Assembly (NCBI GenBank): GCA_040218735.1 | Contig: JAVJQW010000023.1 | Span: 416,001-480,000 of the forward strand | Length of the DNA stretch: 64,000 nucleotides | Source: Deltaproteobacteria bacterium | GTDB taxonomy: Bacteria > Myxococcota > Kuafuiibacteriia > Kuafuiibacteriales > Kuafuiibacteriaceae | Reading direction: 5' to 3' | In this document: positions 10,073 through 20,003 of the stretch, piece after piece | Layout: each line of letters begins with the position of its first letter | Position numbering within the stretch: position 1 is the first letter of the stretch | The notes under the pieces: model-generated | Seen by the model: only the letters and a program-made list of their open reading frames with translations | The model's database searches: none | Told to the model about the DNA's origin: nothing | Program-made: the position numbers and the translations under genes

Positions 10073-11455
10073 TCACCCCGAAGGGGTGAACACGATCGGA
10101 TAGGCGACGAACACACTGCCGCCCTCGGGCCGCGGGAACCGCCAAGACTTGGCGCGCGTCCGAATGCAGCTGACGACCTGGCTGCTGCCCATCTTGTCGT
10201 CGAACTCGATGTTCGAGGTCCGCCCGTTCTCCAGGATCTCGAAGCGGATGGTGATCTTGCCCTTCAGCGAACGGTCACGCTTCAGCGCGCTCTCGTAGCA
10301 GGAGCGGAGCGCCTTGAGGTTACGCCGCATGACGCTGGCGATCTGCGCCTCGGACAGCTCACCGTCGACCTCCGGGGCCTCCGTCTTCGCCGTACCCGTC
10401 ACCGCCGCCTCGGTCTTGCCGCCGGTCTTCACGCTGCCGCCGCCCTCGGTGCCGAGGTCGCCGATGCCGACGCCCTCACCGGAGCCGCCACCACGCGTGC
10501 CCGACGCGCCACCGCTGTCCGCGATGTCGACGCCCTGGATCCCGGAGAACGCGTCCCCGAGACCACCGACCGCGCCGCCGCCCTCTTCGAAGACGTCCGC
10601 GAGCGCGTCGCCTTCGCCACCTTCACGGTTGGCGCCGAGGACTCGGAGCAGGCCCTTGCCCGCGACCTTCTTCGAGATCGCGTCCTTGCGCGCACGTGCC
10701 GCCGCTTCCTTGTCGACGGGCTCGTTCGACTTGCCCGCGTTCTTCTTGCCGGTGTCCGCCTTCTTCTTCGGCTCTTCCTTCTTCTTCGGCTCCTCGGTCT
10801 TCTCCTCGCCGCCCGTCGCGTCCGCGATGACGTCCTTCGGAGGCTCGGGGGGCCGGTCCGGCATGATGAGCCGCTGGTAGCTCTGGTCGATCTGCTCGAT
10901 GGAGGTCGGCTCGATGTACGGCAGGCTCCGCGCGTACGTGACGATCGAGATCTGCAGCAACGCCACCACCACGAAGATCGCGGTGAACTGTGCGTCGATG
11001 TTCTGCAGCAGCGAGCCGCGAATCTCCGGCGGGAGCCCCGGCCGCACCGGCGCCGCCACGGCGGTCTTGAACTGGAAGAGGACCGTGACGTCCCCGATGA
11101 TCACCTTGCCGCGCGACGAGTCGTTCAGCTTGACGGCGTCGCCCTTGCGGTTGACGGCGCGACCCTCGCGCTTGAGCTCGTCGAAGCTCTTCACCTTGTC
11201 GCCGGTGATCTGGATCCGCCCTTCCATCTCGGGCGTGTAGCGGAGGAAGTAGTCCTTCCCGTCGTAGTCGAACAGGTCGAACGTCTTGGGCATCGCGTCC
11301 GACGCCACCGAGAAGGTCACCTTCTCGGACGTGCCGACGGAGACCGTCTCGCGCTTCTTCATCTCGCGCTCGTCGACGATCTTGCCCTTTTGGACGATGC
11401 CGATGCGGAGCACCTTCGGCCCGCTGGGCCCACCGCTCTTCTTGGACGTGCTCAT
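10073..11455 (-). CDS. gltG: GltG/PglI-like protein (N-terminal FHA-like domain, TM, TonB-C/AgmX-PglI C-terminal domain)
   Basis: SRGKVIIGDVTVLFQF, one TM, Gly-rich linker, LRSCYESALKRDRSLKGKITIRFEI...WRFPRPEGG; follows D-E-F-like genes. May be a paralogue rather than the gliding orthologue. Confidence 0.8.
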   Translation of the reverse strand: MSTSKKSGGPSGPKVLRIGIVQKGKIVDEREMKKRETVSVGTSEKVTFSVASDAMPKTFDLFDYDGKDYFLRYTPEMEGRIQITGDKVKSFDELKREGRAVNRKGDAVKLNDSSRGKVIIGDVTVLFQFKTAVAAPVRPGLPPEIRGSLLQNIDAQFTAIFVVVALLQISIVTYARSLPYIEPTSIEQIDQSYQRLIMPDRPPEPPKDVIADATGGEEKTEEPKKKEEPKKKADTGKKNAGKSNEPVDKEAAARARKDAISKKVAGKGLLRVLGANREGGEGDALADVFEEGGGAVGGLGDAFSGIQGVDIADSGGASGTRGGGSGEGVGIGDLGTEGGGSVKTGGKTEAAVTGTAKTEAPEVDGELSEAQIASVMRRNLKALRSCYESALKRDRSLKGKITIRFEILENGRTSNIEFDDKMGSSQVVSCIRTRAKSWRFPRPEGGSVFVAYPIVFTPSG

Positions 11456-11504
11456 GACTGTTCCGTCACCCCAACCAACCCGCAGGTTCCCTCGAATCGC
11501 ACCC

Positions 11505-11765
11505 CTAGAAGGGGGCCTTCTCCACGGATTTGATGATCTTCGGCACGAAGCTGTTCTTCAGCTCCAGGCCCTCGAAGTTCAGGTTCGAACGCTGCAGGAT
11601 GTAGAAGGCCTGCGGCTTTTGGATGCGGCCCTCGATCCGAACCTCGCGGATCCGGACCACCCGACGCCCCGACTGGGCGTAGGCCTCGACACTGCCGAGC
11701 AGAGCCCCGCCCAGCACCGTCGCCATCAGCATCCCTTTCAACACTCGAACCATGGGGTACCTCAC
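11505..11765 (-). CDS. gltF: GltF/CglF-like small exported protein
   Basis: Signal peptide followed by IEGRIQKPQAFYIL..LELKNSFVPKIIKSV; 86 aa; located between the E-like and G-like genes. Confidence 0.75.
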   Translation of the reverse strand: MRYPMVRVLKGMLMATVLGGALLGSVEAYAQSGRRVVRIREVRIEGRIQKPQAFYILQRSNLNFEGLELKNSFVPKIIKSVEKAPF

Positions 11766-13252
11766 TTCGCCTCGCCAGGCGAGTCAGCCTCGTCGGTCTT
11801 TGCACCGCCGGGGGCCGATTCCGCCTCCTTGGCCGCGGCTTCTGCCGCCTCCGCCGCCTTCTTCGCTTCACGCAGCTTGCGGCGCTCCTCCGACTTGATG
11901 CGGCGCTCCTCGTTCGAGTAGCCGCGCTCCGCTTCGGAGATGAAACCCTCCACCCGCTGCTTGCCCTCGGCGTCCAGATCTCCGGAGGCCTTGTCGAGGT
12001 ACTGCGTCAGGTAGTCCTTCGCGGTCGTCCAGCGCACCAGCCGGTCCACCTTGGGGAGGTGGTTGTCGAGGTGGAGGATGCCGAGGTTGTAGAGGACCGC
12101 GTACGCGCTCGGGTCCAACGACTGCGCCTTCTTGTACGCCGTCTCCGCCGCCTCGTACTGCTTGTTCCCCTTATAGGCGTTGCCGAGGTTCAGGTACGCC
12201 TTCGCGAAGTCCGGGAACAGCGCGATCGCGCGGTTCAGCGACGCGATCGCCGCCTCGTAGTCGTGCGCCTCCACGAAGAGCGCGCCGAGGTTGTTGTGCA
12301 CCTCGGGCAGGTCGTCGCGCAGCTCGCTCGCCTTCTTGAACGCCTCGACCGCCTCCGTCTTCTTGCCGGCCGACAGGTACACGAACCCGAGGTTCGAGAA
12401 GATCTTCGCCTCGTTCGGATCGATCTCCCGCGCCCGCTTCAACACGGTCGTCGCCAGCTCGTGCTGACCGCGCCGGAAGAACACCGTCGCCAGGTTGAGC
12501 AACGCGCCGACGTTCCGCTCGTCGACCTTCAGGATCTTCTTCGCTTCCTTCTCGGCCGCCGGCAGCTTCGCACCCGCGAGCCACACCGACGTCAGCCGGT
12601 TGCGCAGCCCGAGGTCCCCGGGGAACTGGCGGATCGCCTGCAGGAGGATCTGCTCGGCTTCGTCGAGCTTCTCCTGGCGCACCATCAGGTTCGCGAGGTT
12701 CTCGTACGCGGCGAAGTACTGGGCGTTGGCGCGAATCGCCGCGCGGTACTGCTCCTCGGCCTCCGCATAGTTGCCCATCCGCTCGTGGATGATCGCCGCG
12801 TTGTAGTGCGCGGCCGCGAACTGCGGATCCGTGTTCGCCGCCTTCAGGAACTTGTCGAGCGCAGCGCGCGGACTCGAGCTCGCGACGCGGATGCCCTCGA
12901 GGACATCGCTCTTCGCGGCCGGCGCCGGCTGGTGGGTCGGCGGAGCGCGCTTCGTGAACGCCGGCTTCGGCGGCGGCGCGGGCGGCGGCGGCGGTGCGGC
13001 CGCCTCCGTGCTGGCCTCCTCCGCCCCCTCACCCGCCGGCGTGGCGGGCGCCTCGGCGGGCGTCTCTGCCGGCGCTTCGGCGGGCGCCTCGGCCGTCGAC
13101 TCGGTGTCACCGCCGATCGCGGGCGTCTCCGCCGCACCTTCGGCCGGCGGAGGCGTCGCCTCGATCGCCGGGGTCTCGTCGGTCTTCTGCTGGCTCGCAC
13201 ACGCTGCCGGCATCAGCAGCGCGGCGGACATGAGAATGCGCTTCAGCATCAT
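11762..13252 (-). CDS. gltE: GltE/AglT-like TPR lipoprotein
   Basis: Lipobox PAAC, Pro/Ala/Glu linker, many TPRs (AHYNAA, VHNNLG, AYLNLGNAY); synteny. Confidence 0.7.
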   Translation of the reverse strand: MMLKRILMSAALLMPAACASQQKTDETPAIEATPPPAEGAAETPAIGGDTESTAEAPAEAPAETPAEAPATPAGEGAEEASTEAAAPPPPPAPPPKPAFTKRAPPTHQPAPAAKSDVLEGIRVASSSPRAALDKFLKAANTDPQFAAAHYNAAIIHERMGNYAEAEEQYRAAIRANAQYFAAYENLANLMVRQEKLDEAEQILLQAIRQFPGDLGLRNRLTSVWLAGAKLPAAEKEAKKILKVDERNVGALLNLATVFFRRGQHELATTVLKRAREIDPNEAKIFSNLGFVYLSAGKKTEAVEAFKKASELRDDLPEVHNNLGALFVEAHDYEAAIASLNRAIALFPDFAKAYLNLGNAYKGNKQYEAAETAYKKAQSLDPSAYAVLYNLGILHLDNHLPKVDRLVRWTTAKDYLTQYLDKASGDLDAEGKQRVEGFISEAERGYSNEERRIKSEERRKLREAKKAAEAAEAAAKEAESAPGGAKTDEADSPGEAK

Positions 13253-16200
13253 CGGCCCTCCCCGGCTTCCGCGGTGCGCGCGCCGCCGGGCGACGTCGTC
13301 GACGCGTCCGGCGCCGTCGACGGAGGCGTCGCCGTCCCGAGGTCGTCCAGCCCGTTACCCGAGATGTCGCTCTCCTGCATGAGCGCCTTGCCGCGCTTCT
13401 GCACCGGGAACTCCTGCGGCGCGTACTTGTTGAGGCCCTCGAGGATCCGCTGCGTCCACTCGTTCGTGACGCGCGTCTTCTTCGCCTCCTCGTACGCCTT
13501 GCGGTACGCGGCCTCCGCCTTGCGCTCCAGCACGGCGGCGCGGTCTTCGAGCTGCATCTTGTACTCCATCGCCAGCTCTTCGTCCTTCTCGAACTCCTTC
13601 GGGATGGGCGCCGTGAACAACGACTCCGCGAAGCGCTCGTACGAGTGACCGATCCGGTACGACGCGGCGAGCGTCTGCTCGGCGCGCTTGTACTTGAACA
13701 CGTCGCTGTACAGACCTTCGACGACACGCTGCGCCTTCGCCTTGTCCGTGAGCGCCTTCACCTGCGCCTTGCCGGTCCCGACGATCTTGATCGCGTCGTA
13801 CTTGCGGAACTCGTCCTCCGCGATCTCGAACTGGCACCGCGCCGCGAAGCCACCCGCGCGGCCGGTGATCGCCAGCCCGCGACGGCTGAACTCGGAGACG
13901 CAGCTCTTGTAGGCGGCGAGCGCGGACTTGTTGCGCTCACGCTTTGCCTCGGCGTCGCCGATCTTCATGTGTGCTTCGATGATCCGCTCCTTCTGCGCCG
14001 ACGTCCGCGTGTACCGCTTGATGAAGTCCTGGAGCGTCGTGATCATGTCCGGCCAGGCCTTCATCTTTTCGTAAACGAGCGCCGACCGGAAAAAGATCTG
14101 ACCGGCGTCCTCGCGGCTCGGGAACGTCTGCGCGTAGCGCTTGTAGGCCGCCGCGGCCTTCCCGTACTCCTGCTGGTTCTCGAGGACGACGGCGACGTTG
14201 TAGAGCGCGTCCGCGCGGTCCTCGGATTTCGGGTAACGCTCGACCAGCTGCGTGTACGCCGTCACGGCCGCCGGGAAGTCGAAGCCCTTCTCCGCGTTGA
14301 TGCCGGTGCGGAACAGAGCGCGCGGCGCCAGGTCCGACCTCGGATACTTCTCGTAGATGCGCCGGTAGATCTGCGAAGCGGAGTCGAAGCGCTTCACCTT
14401 CTCGTACGCGACCGCCGCGTTGAAGAGCGCCTTGTCGGCGAACTCGTGCGTGGGGTTGTCGTCGACCAGGCGCACGTACGTGTCGGCGGCCTGCTCGAAC
14501 TTGCCCTCGGCGTCGTAGCGCTCGGCCTGCTTGAACTGCGCGCCGACCTTGAAACCCTTCAGGTTGTCGATGAAGTCGGCCTTCGTCTCGCCGTCCGCCT
14601 TCGTGTTCGCCTGCGCGATCTCGATGAGGCGCTGCGACCACTGCTCGACCTTCTCGTAGTCCTCGGCCGCCAGGTAACTCTCGATGATGAGGTTGGACGC
14701 GTACCGCGCGACCTCGTTCGACGGGTAGTCCGCGACGATCCCCTCGAAGCGCTTCCGCGCCTCCTCGAACTGATCGTGTTTGTAGAAGATCTCCGCCGCG
14801 CGATACCGAATCGCCGGCGCCCGCTCGCTGCGCGGGAGCATCGTCGTGTAGCGGTCGGACGACTCGATCAACTTCTGGCGCGTCGCATCGATCGGCTTCG
14901 GCTCGATCGCCTGGCCCTTGCGCTCCGTCGCCGTGAGCAGCGCCGGGTCGGGGATCTTGCCGGACTTGATCGCCTCCTCGACGACCTTCTCGTACGTGAT
15001 GACACTCGACAGCGCCGCGGCCTCGAGGTGTTTGTTGTCGAGCTTGCTGTCGCGAACCTTGTCGTACTGGATCGCCGCGCGGTCGTAGTCCGCCGAGTAG
15101 TACAGACACTCCGCGAGGAAGAACTCGAAGTCGTAGGAGTTCTTCGAATCCGGGAAGCGACCGAGGTACGTCTCGTACGCGCTCGCGGCCGCGACGTACG
15201 AGTCACGCGCCGAAGCGAGCCGGTTCGCCGCCTTGTGCGCCTGCGCCTGCTGGTGCCGGAAGATCGCCGCCGTATAGAGCGAGCGCTCCGTGAGCGACTC
15301 GGCCTTGTTGATCGCGGTCGTGTCGTCCTGGTTGGCGACGTACCACTTCGAGCCCTCCGAGTAGTCCTTGACCAGCTCCTCGCGCGCGGCCGTCGCGCTC
15401 TCGAAGTCACGCAGCTGCTCGTGCGCACGCACGATCTTCTCCTGCGCCTCCGGGTTGTACGGCGCGTTCGGGTACTTGCCGATCGTGTAGCGGAGCACGT
15501 CGATCGCGAGCGCGTAGCGCGTCTGGTCGAACAGCACCTCGCCGTAGCGCTTCCACAGCTCACCCGTGAAGTCGCGGTTCTCGAGCGGCGCGAGCACCTG
15601 CTTCGCGCGGTCGAGGCCACCCCACTCCTCGTCGGCCAGGGAGATGGCGATGTACTGAATGGCTTCAGCACGCAGCTCCGAGCCGGAGACGCCCGTCGCC
15701 TTCTTCTGCTGGTCGGCGTAGTTGACGAGCGCGATGAACGAGTCGACCGCCTCGTCGAAGCGGTCGAGGCGGTAGTACGTCCAAGCGATCTTGTAGAGCG
15801 CCTTGTCGTAGTACGGGCTGTCCGGGTACGCGCGGACCTTGTCGTACGCCGCGATCGCCTTCTGCAGCGAGTCCTCGTCGTTGCCGTCGAAGTAGATCTC
15901 GCCGATGCGCGTCCACACCTCGGCGAGCAACTTGCTGTCGGGGTGCTGCGACGTCAGGTCGAGGTAGGCCGCGAGCGCCTCCTCCATCTGCAGCTGCTCG
16001 GAGTAGCAGTAGCCGAGGAGGTAGCGCGCGTGGTCCGCGAGGCGGTAGTCCGGGAAACGGGCGAGCAGGTCGCGGTGCAGCCCGATCGTCTTCTCGTAGC
16101 TCGGCTCCGGCGCGGGCGGCTCGGTCTCGCGCTTGCCGTTCTCCCACGCGACGAGCTCCTTTTCGTAGCTCTTGCTCGCGAGGAGGTACTCGTCGCTCGA

Positions 16201-16755
16201 CTTCTCGAAGTACAGCTCCGCGAGGCGGAACATCGCGTCCGGCGTGTACGTCGGGTCGTTCGGGTACTTGCGGAGGAACTCTTCGAAGCGCGCGATCGCC
16301 TCCAACCGGCGCGCGCGCTCTTCCTTCTCCAGCTCCTCGATCGCGCGGTCGTACTGCGCCGAGAGGAGGGCCTTTTGGTCCTCGTACTTCAGGCGGATGA
16401 GATCGCGCATGTCGTCCGAGAACGTCTGCGCGCCGTCCGCGTAGTAGCTCATCGCCTTCTCGAAGAGCGCGAGCTTGGCTTCGTACGCATCGCCGGCGTC
16501 GACCTCCGCCGCCGTCGGCGGACGCGCAGGCTCGTGCTCGGCCTGAGAGATCGCCGAGCCGGGTCCGGTCTCGGGGCGCTCGAGGTCTTCGTCGAAGGCC
16601 GTCGTCGAGGTCGTCGTCTCCTCGACCTGCGGCGCGTCGGTCTCCGCCGGCGCCTCGGACTGGGCCCAGGCCGGCATCCCCATCAAGCAGGAAACGCCCA
16701 GGACCAAGGCCTGAGCGCGAAGAAGCTGCTGCGTTTCGGTCCGCCGCATGGTCAC
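13249..16755 (-). CDS. gltD: GltD/AgmU-like large periplasmic TPR protein
   Basis: 1168 aa, signal peptide, PDAMFRLAELYFE, ARYLLGYC, WTRIGEIYFD, ALYKIAWTYY; synteny. Confidence 0.75.
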   Translation of the reverse strand: MTMRRTETQQLLRAQALVLGVSCLMGMPAWAQSEAPAETDAPQVEETTTSTTAFDEDLERPETGPGSAISQAEHEPARPPTAAEVDAGDAYEAKLALFEKAMSYYADGAQTFSDDMRDLIRLKYEDQKALLSAQYDRAIEELEKEERARRLEAIARFEEFLRKYPNDPTYTPDAMFRLAELYFEKSSDEYLLASKSYEKELVAWENGKRETEPPAPEPSYEKTIGLHRDLLARFPDYRLADHARYLLGYCYSEQLQMEEALAAYLDLTSQHPDSKLLAEVWTRIGEIYFDGNDEDSLQKAIAAYDKVRAYPDSPYYDKALYKIAWTYYRLDRFDEAVDSFIALVNYADQQKKATGVSGSELRAEAIQYIAISLADEEWGGLDRAKQVLAPLENRDFTGELWKRYGEVLFDQTRYALAIDVLRYTIGKYPNAPYNPEAQEKIVRAHEQLRDFESATAAREELVKDYSEGSKWYVANQDDTTAINKAESLTERSLYTAAIFRHQQAQAHKAANRLASARDSYVAAASAYETYLGRFPDSKNSYDFEFFLAECLYYSADYDRAAIQYDKVRDSKLDNKHLEAAALSSVITYEKVVEEAIKSGKIPDPALLTATERKGQAIEPKPIDATRQKLIESSDRYTTMLPRSERAPAIRYRAAEIFYKHDQFEEARKRFEGIVADYPSNEVARYASNLIIESYLAAEDYEKVEQWSQRLIEIAQANTKADGETKADFIDNLKGFKVGAQFKQAERYDAEGKFEQAADTYVRLVDDNPTHEFADKALFNAAVAYEKVKRFDSASQIYRRIYEKYPRSDLAPRALFRTGINAEKGFDFPAAVTAYTQLVERYPKSEDRADALYNVAVVLENQQEYGKAAAAYKRYAQTFPSREDAGQIFFRSALVYEKMKAWPDMITTLQDFIKRYTRTSAQKERIIEAHMKIGDAEAKRERNKSALAAYKSCVSEFSRRGLAITGRAGGFAARCQFEIAEDEFRKYDAIKIVGTGKAQVKALTDKAKAQRVVEGLYSDVFKYKRAEQTLAASYRIGHSYERFAESLFTAPIPKEFEKDEELAMEYKMQLEDRAAVLERKAEAAYRKAYEEAKKTRVTNEWTQRILEGLNKYAPQEFPVQKRGKALMQESDISGNGLDDLGTATPPSTAPDASTTSPGGARTAEAGEGR

Positions 16756-19097
16756 TCTCTCAGAACGTCTTCGAACTCGGTGTCGAGCTCGCTCTGACGC
16801 TCCTGTTGTTCACGAATCAACTTGTTGACCCGCTCCGTCTCCGCCTGTTTCCGCGCCCAGGCGACGTCGATGATCCCGACGTCCGCCTTCAACACCAGGT
16901 CGTTGAACTGCTCGCCCACCGCGACCAACGTCCGCGAGGCCACCGGCCCCAACAGCCGGTCCGTCTCACTCGCGAGGAGCGAATGCTCCCGTTCGTACTT
17001 CGTGAGGTTGGCCACCTCGACCGCGATCGACTTCTTCACGGACGCCACCTCGTCGGCGACGGTCTGCTCGAGCCCGTTCTGAAGCGTCTCGAGATCACGC
17101 TCGACCTTCACCACCGCGGAGCGCTGCTGATCGATGCGCGCCAGCGCACCCTGCAGCTCGCCGCTCACCTGCGGACGCACCGTCCGCATCGCCGAGACCT
17201 CTTCCTGCACCGCGGCGTCGTACTGCCGGTTGAGCGCCTGCGCGCGCGTGCGTCCGGCGTCGCCCTCGCCGAGCTCCGTCGCGCGACGAATGTCGGCGTC
17301 GAGCGCAGCGAGCTCCTTTTCGTAGCCGTCGAGGAGCTGCCGCGTCTTCTTCACGCGCTGCTCCATCAGCTCGATCTCCTCTGCGCCGAGCTGCGGACGG
17401 TTGTCGCGGAGCCAAACGTCGACCGCCACGAGCTGCGCGCGCATCGACGACACGCGGAAACGCAGCCGGTACGCCCGACGACCCGCGGCCTGATAGGCCT
17501 CCTTCAGCTCGGTGCGCGTCTTGTCGACCTGCGCCTCGTTCTGCGGGAGCGCTTCGATCTCGCCCTCGATCTTGCGAGCCTTCGCGCGCGCGCCCTCGAG
17601 CCGCGCCTGCGTCGCCGCGTTGGCGTACGGGTCGACGATGCGCCGCTCGAGCGACAGCAGACGCCGTCGCGTGTTGATGACGCGGTTCTCGATCGCGATC
17701 GCCTTCGAGCGCGCCGCCTTGAGGCCCGGCACCATGTTGAAGCGCTGCTCGCCCTGCAGCGCGAGGTCGAGCGTCTTCACGAGCTCGCGCGCTTCGGCGA
17801 GGAACTTCTCGCTCTCGCCGAGGTCCTGCTGCATGCCGACCGCGCGCTCCATCTCGTCCTCTTCGAGCGCCCACGACAGCGCGAGCGGCGGGAGGATGTT
17901 CGTCGACGAGACCTCCTCGAGGTCCGCCGCGACGAGCTGGTCGAAGAACGCCGCCGGGTCGTTGTCGCGCATCAGGTTGCCGATGCGATCCCGCGCGCCG
18001 CCGTAGCGATCGACGATCGTCTGGAACGTGTCGTACGCCGTCTCGGGCGCGCCGAGTCGGATCTGCAGGTTGCCCTGGAGAATGCGCGCCTGCGGGTACA
18101 GCCGCGAATCGGGCGACGTCGCCATGAGCAACTCCGTCGCACGCAGCGCGCGCGTGTACTCTTCGTTCTTCTCGGCTTCGCCTTCGGAGAGGTTCGCCGC
18201 GGCGACGTGCGCCCACGCGACCTCGTAGAGCATGTCCGGGAAGTACGGCGAGTCGCGCGCGATGTTCTGGTACGCGTCCGCGCTCGCACCGACGTTACCC
18301 AGCTCCTGATGCAGACGACCGAGCGACAACGCGGTGAGGTCCCTCAGCTGCGCGGACTCGTTGCTCGTGCCGACCTTCGGGAAGGTCTGCTCGAACTGCG
18401 TGACGGCCTCCTCGTAGCGCCCCATCTTCACGAGCACGACGCCCGCGTAATACGAAGCCTGCCCGGAGATGCTCGAGCCGCCCGGCACGCCGCGGAACAC
18501 CTCGAGCGCGCGCCCGAGCTGCTGCGGATCCGAGGTCCCGCTCTTGTAGAGCATCTTGCCGTAGATGTAGTCGACGTCCGGCCGCGACAGCGAGCCGGCC
18601 TGACGCAGGCGCGCGATGTAGCGATCGACGTCGTCGTAACGATCGGTGTCGCCCGCGATCTGCAGGAGGCCGAGCACCACGTCCTTGAGGCGGTCGCCGG
18701 ACGAACGCGGCAGGACGTCCTCGTAGTAGCGCCGCGCGCCCGAATAGTTCTTCGACTTGCGGAGCGACTCCGCGAGGAGGAACACGCAGTCGTCGTAGCG
18801 CGGGTGGTTCTTGCTCTCGGGGTCGTCGACGACGTCGAGCAACACGATCGACGCGCGCAGGTAGTCGTTCAGCAGGAAGTGGATCTCACCCTCCCGCAGA
18901 CGACGATCGACGCGCCCGACCTCGGGCTGGACCTGAACGTCGTAGCCCCGGCGAACCTCGTCGAGATCGCTGTTCATCTTGGCGATCTCGGCGTCGATCT
19001 CGCCTTGGATCTCCGACGCACGCGAAGCGGAAGGGGCCTCGGCCCACGCTGGCGCAGCGGCCAGCATCGCGAGGAGCGATGGAAAGAAGGATCGCAT
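16752..19097 (-). CDS. Exported TPR/coiled-coil protein (GltC-like position)
   Basis: Signal peptide from ATG 19097; LSLGRLHQE, MLYEVAWA TPRs; long coiled-coil C-terminal half. Confidence 0.7.
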   Translation of the reverse strand: MRSFFPSLLAMLAAAPAWAEAPSASRASEIQGEIDAEIAKMNSDLDEVRRGYDVQVQPEVGRVDRRLREGEIHFLLNDYLRASIVLLDVVDDPESKNHPRYDDCVFLLAESLRKSKNYSGARRYYEDVLPRSSGDRLKDVVLGLLQIAGDTDRYDDVDRYIARLRQAGSLSRPDVDYIYGKMLYKSGTSDPQQLGRALEVFRGVPGGSSISGQASYYAGVVLVKMGRYEEAVTQFEQTFPKVGTSNESAQLRDLTALSLGRLHQELGNVGASADAYQNIARDSPYFPDMLYEVAWAHVAAANLSEGEAEKNEEYTRALRATELLMATSPDSRLYPQARILQGNLQIRLGAPETAYDTFQTIVDRYGGARDRIGNLMRDNDPAAFFDQLVAADLEEVSSTNILPPLALSWALEEDEMERAVGMQQDLGESEKFLAEARELVKTLDLALQGEQRFNMVPGLKAARSKAIAIENRVINTRRRLLSLERRIVDPYANAATQARLEGARAKARKIEGEIEALPQNEAQVDKTRTELKEAYQAAGRRAYRLRFRVSSMRAQLVAVDVWLRDNRPQLGAEEIELMEQRVKKTRQLLDGYEKELAALDADIRRATELGEGDAGRTRAQALNRQYDAAVQEEVSAMRTVRPQVSGELQGALARIDQQRSAVVKVERDLETLQNGLEQTVADEVASVKKSIAVEVANLTKYEREHSLLASETDRLLGPVASRTLVAVGEQFNDLVLKADVGIIDVAWARKQAETERVNKLIREQQERQSELDTEFEDVLRE

Positions 19098-19107
19098 CAC
19101 ACTTCTC

Positions 19108-19842
19108 TCACTCGGCCGCCGGCTCGGCGTTTCCACCCGTCGGGGCCGCATTCACGTCCTGTTTGATCTCGACGTCGTAGCGGATGTCAGGGCGATCCTT
19201 GAGGTCGGTCGTGAAGCCGCCGCGCTCGTACGCGACCGCCTTCACCGAAGTGACCTTCCCTTCCTCGGCGGTGAACGCGTGGCTCGACTTCACCTTGAAG
19301 GTGTAGCCCTTGAGGTACGAGAACACGCCATACCCGTTGCCGCGGAACAGGAGGTACACGGACAGGTTGTGGTTGCCGGGGACGATGCTGCCGTTGAACA
19401 GCTCGATCTCGGTCTGCTCGTCGAGGCCGCCCTCGGTGTCCGTCTTGTTGAACAGCGGCGCGCCGTCGAGCGAGTAGCTCACCTGCTCGAGCGTGAACGA
19501 CGAGCCCATCTCGTTGCGGTGAACGATCTGAGCCTTCGCTCCGCTGATGACGCCGTTGAGCACCGTCTCGCGGAGGAGGATCAGTCGAGCCTTGCTGCGG
19601 AAGATGCGCTCCTTGAGATCGTTCACCCGCTCTTCGAGGCTGCGCAACCGAATCGCGTAGTCCGTGTCCTCGATCGTCTTCTCGCGCGCTTCCATCGACG
19701 CTTCCGGAGCGCCGGTCGGTGCGGCGGTTTCCGTCGTCGCTTCGGAGTCGGTGGTGCCTTCGGAGTCTTGGGCCCACGCCGGTGCGGCGAAGAGCGAGAG
19801 CGCGAAGATGCAGGAGAAGCTGATGGTGCTCGCGTGGGTCAT
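19108..19842 (-). CDS. Exported hypothetical protein (coiled coil + beta-sandwich), first gene of the Glt-like operon
   Basis: ATG 19842 preceded by GAGG; signal peptide ending AWA; LRSLEERVNDLKERIFRSKARL coiled coil. Confidence 0.7.
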   Translation of the reverse strand: MTHASTISFSCIFALSLFAAPAWAQDSEGTTDSEATTETAAPTGAPEASMEAREKTIEDTDYAIRLRSLEERVNDLKERIFRSKARLILLRETVLNGVISGAKAQIVHRNEMGSSFTLEQVSYSLDGAPLFNKTDTEGGLDEQTEIELFNGSIVPGNHNLSVYLLFRGNGYGVFSYLKGYTFKVKSSHAFTAEEGKVTSVKAVAYERGGFTTDLKDRPDIRYDVEIKQDVNAAPTGGNAEPAAE

Positions 19843-19905
19843 CGATTTCCTCGAAAGCTGAGTCGTGGGGGCCATACCCCCCAACCGGGAGCCGTTCGGT
19901 GCCCG

Positions 19906-19934
19906 GGTGTATGCGGCCCCCGTCGCGGGGTCAA
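19906..19934 (-). promoter_or_regulatory. Candidate sigma70-type promoter of the Glt-like operon
   Basis: Minus strand TTGACC-N17-TACACC, about 65 nt upstream of ATG 19842; weak -10 match. Confidence 0.3.
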
Positions 19935-20003
19935 TGTTAGGTGCCTCGGGTGTCCCCAAACATTCTCTTGTCGCGTGCCGTCGGCCATTTTGATCGCAGA
20001 ACC

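Noticed and set aside
10049-10091. Near-duplicate CCCGAAG(A/G)GGTGAAC and hairpin TCACCCC-GAA-GGGGTGA at the gltG-like stop
   Set aside because: Only two copies, partly coding; too weak to call a REP element or terminator
13645-16797. 1050-aa plus-strand ORF, and similar long antisense ORFs (6827-9277, 16806-19166, 12059-13648, 37676-40102)
   Set aside because: Shadow ORFs opposite well-supported genes; expected in high-GC DNA; no motifs
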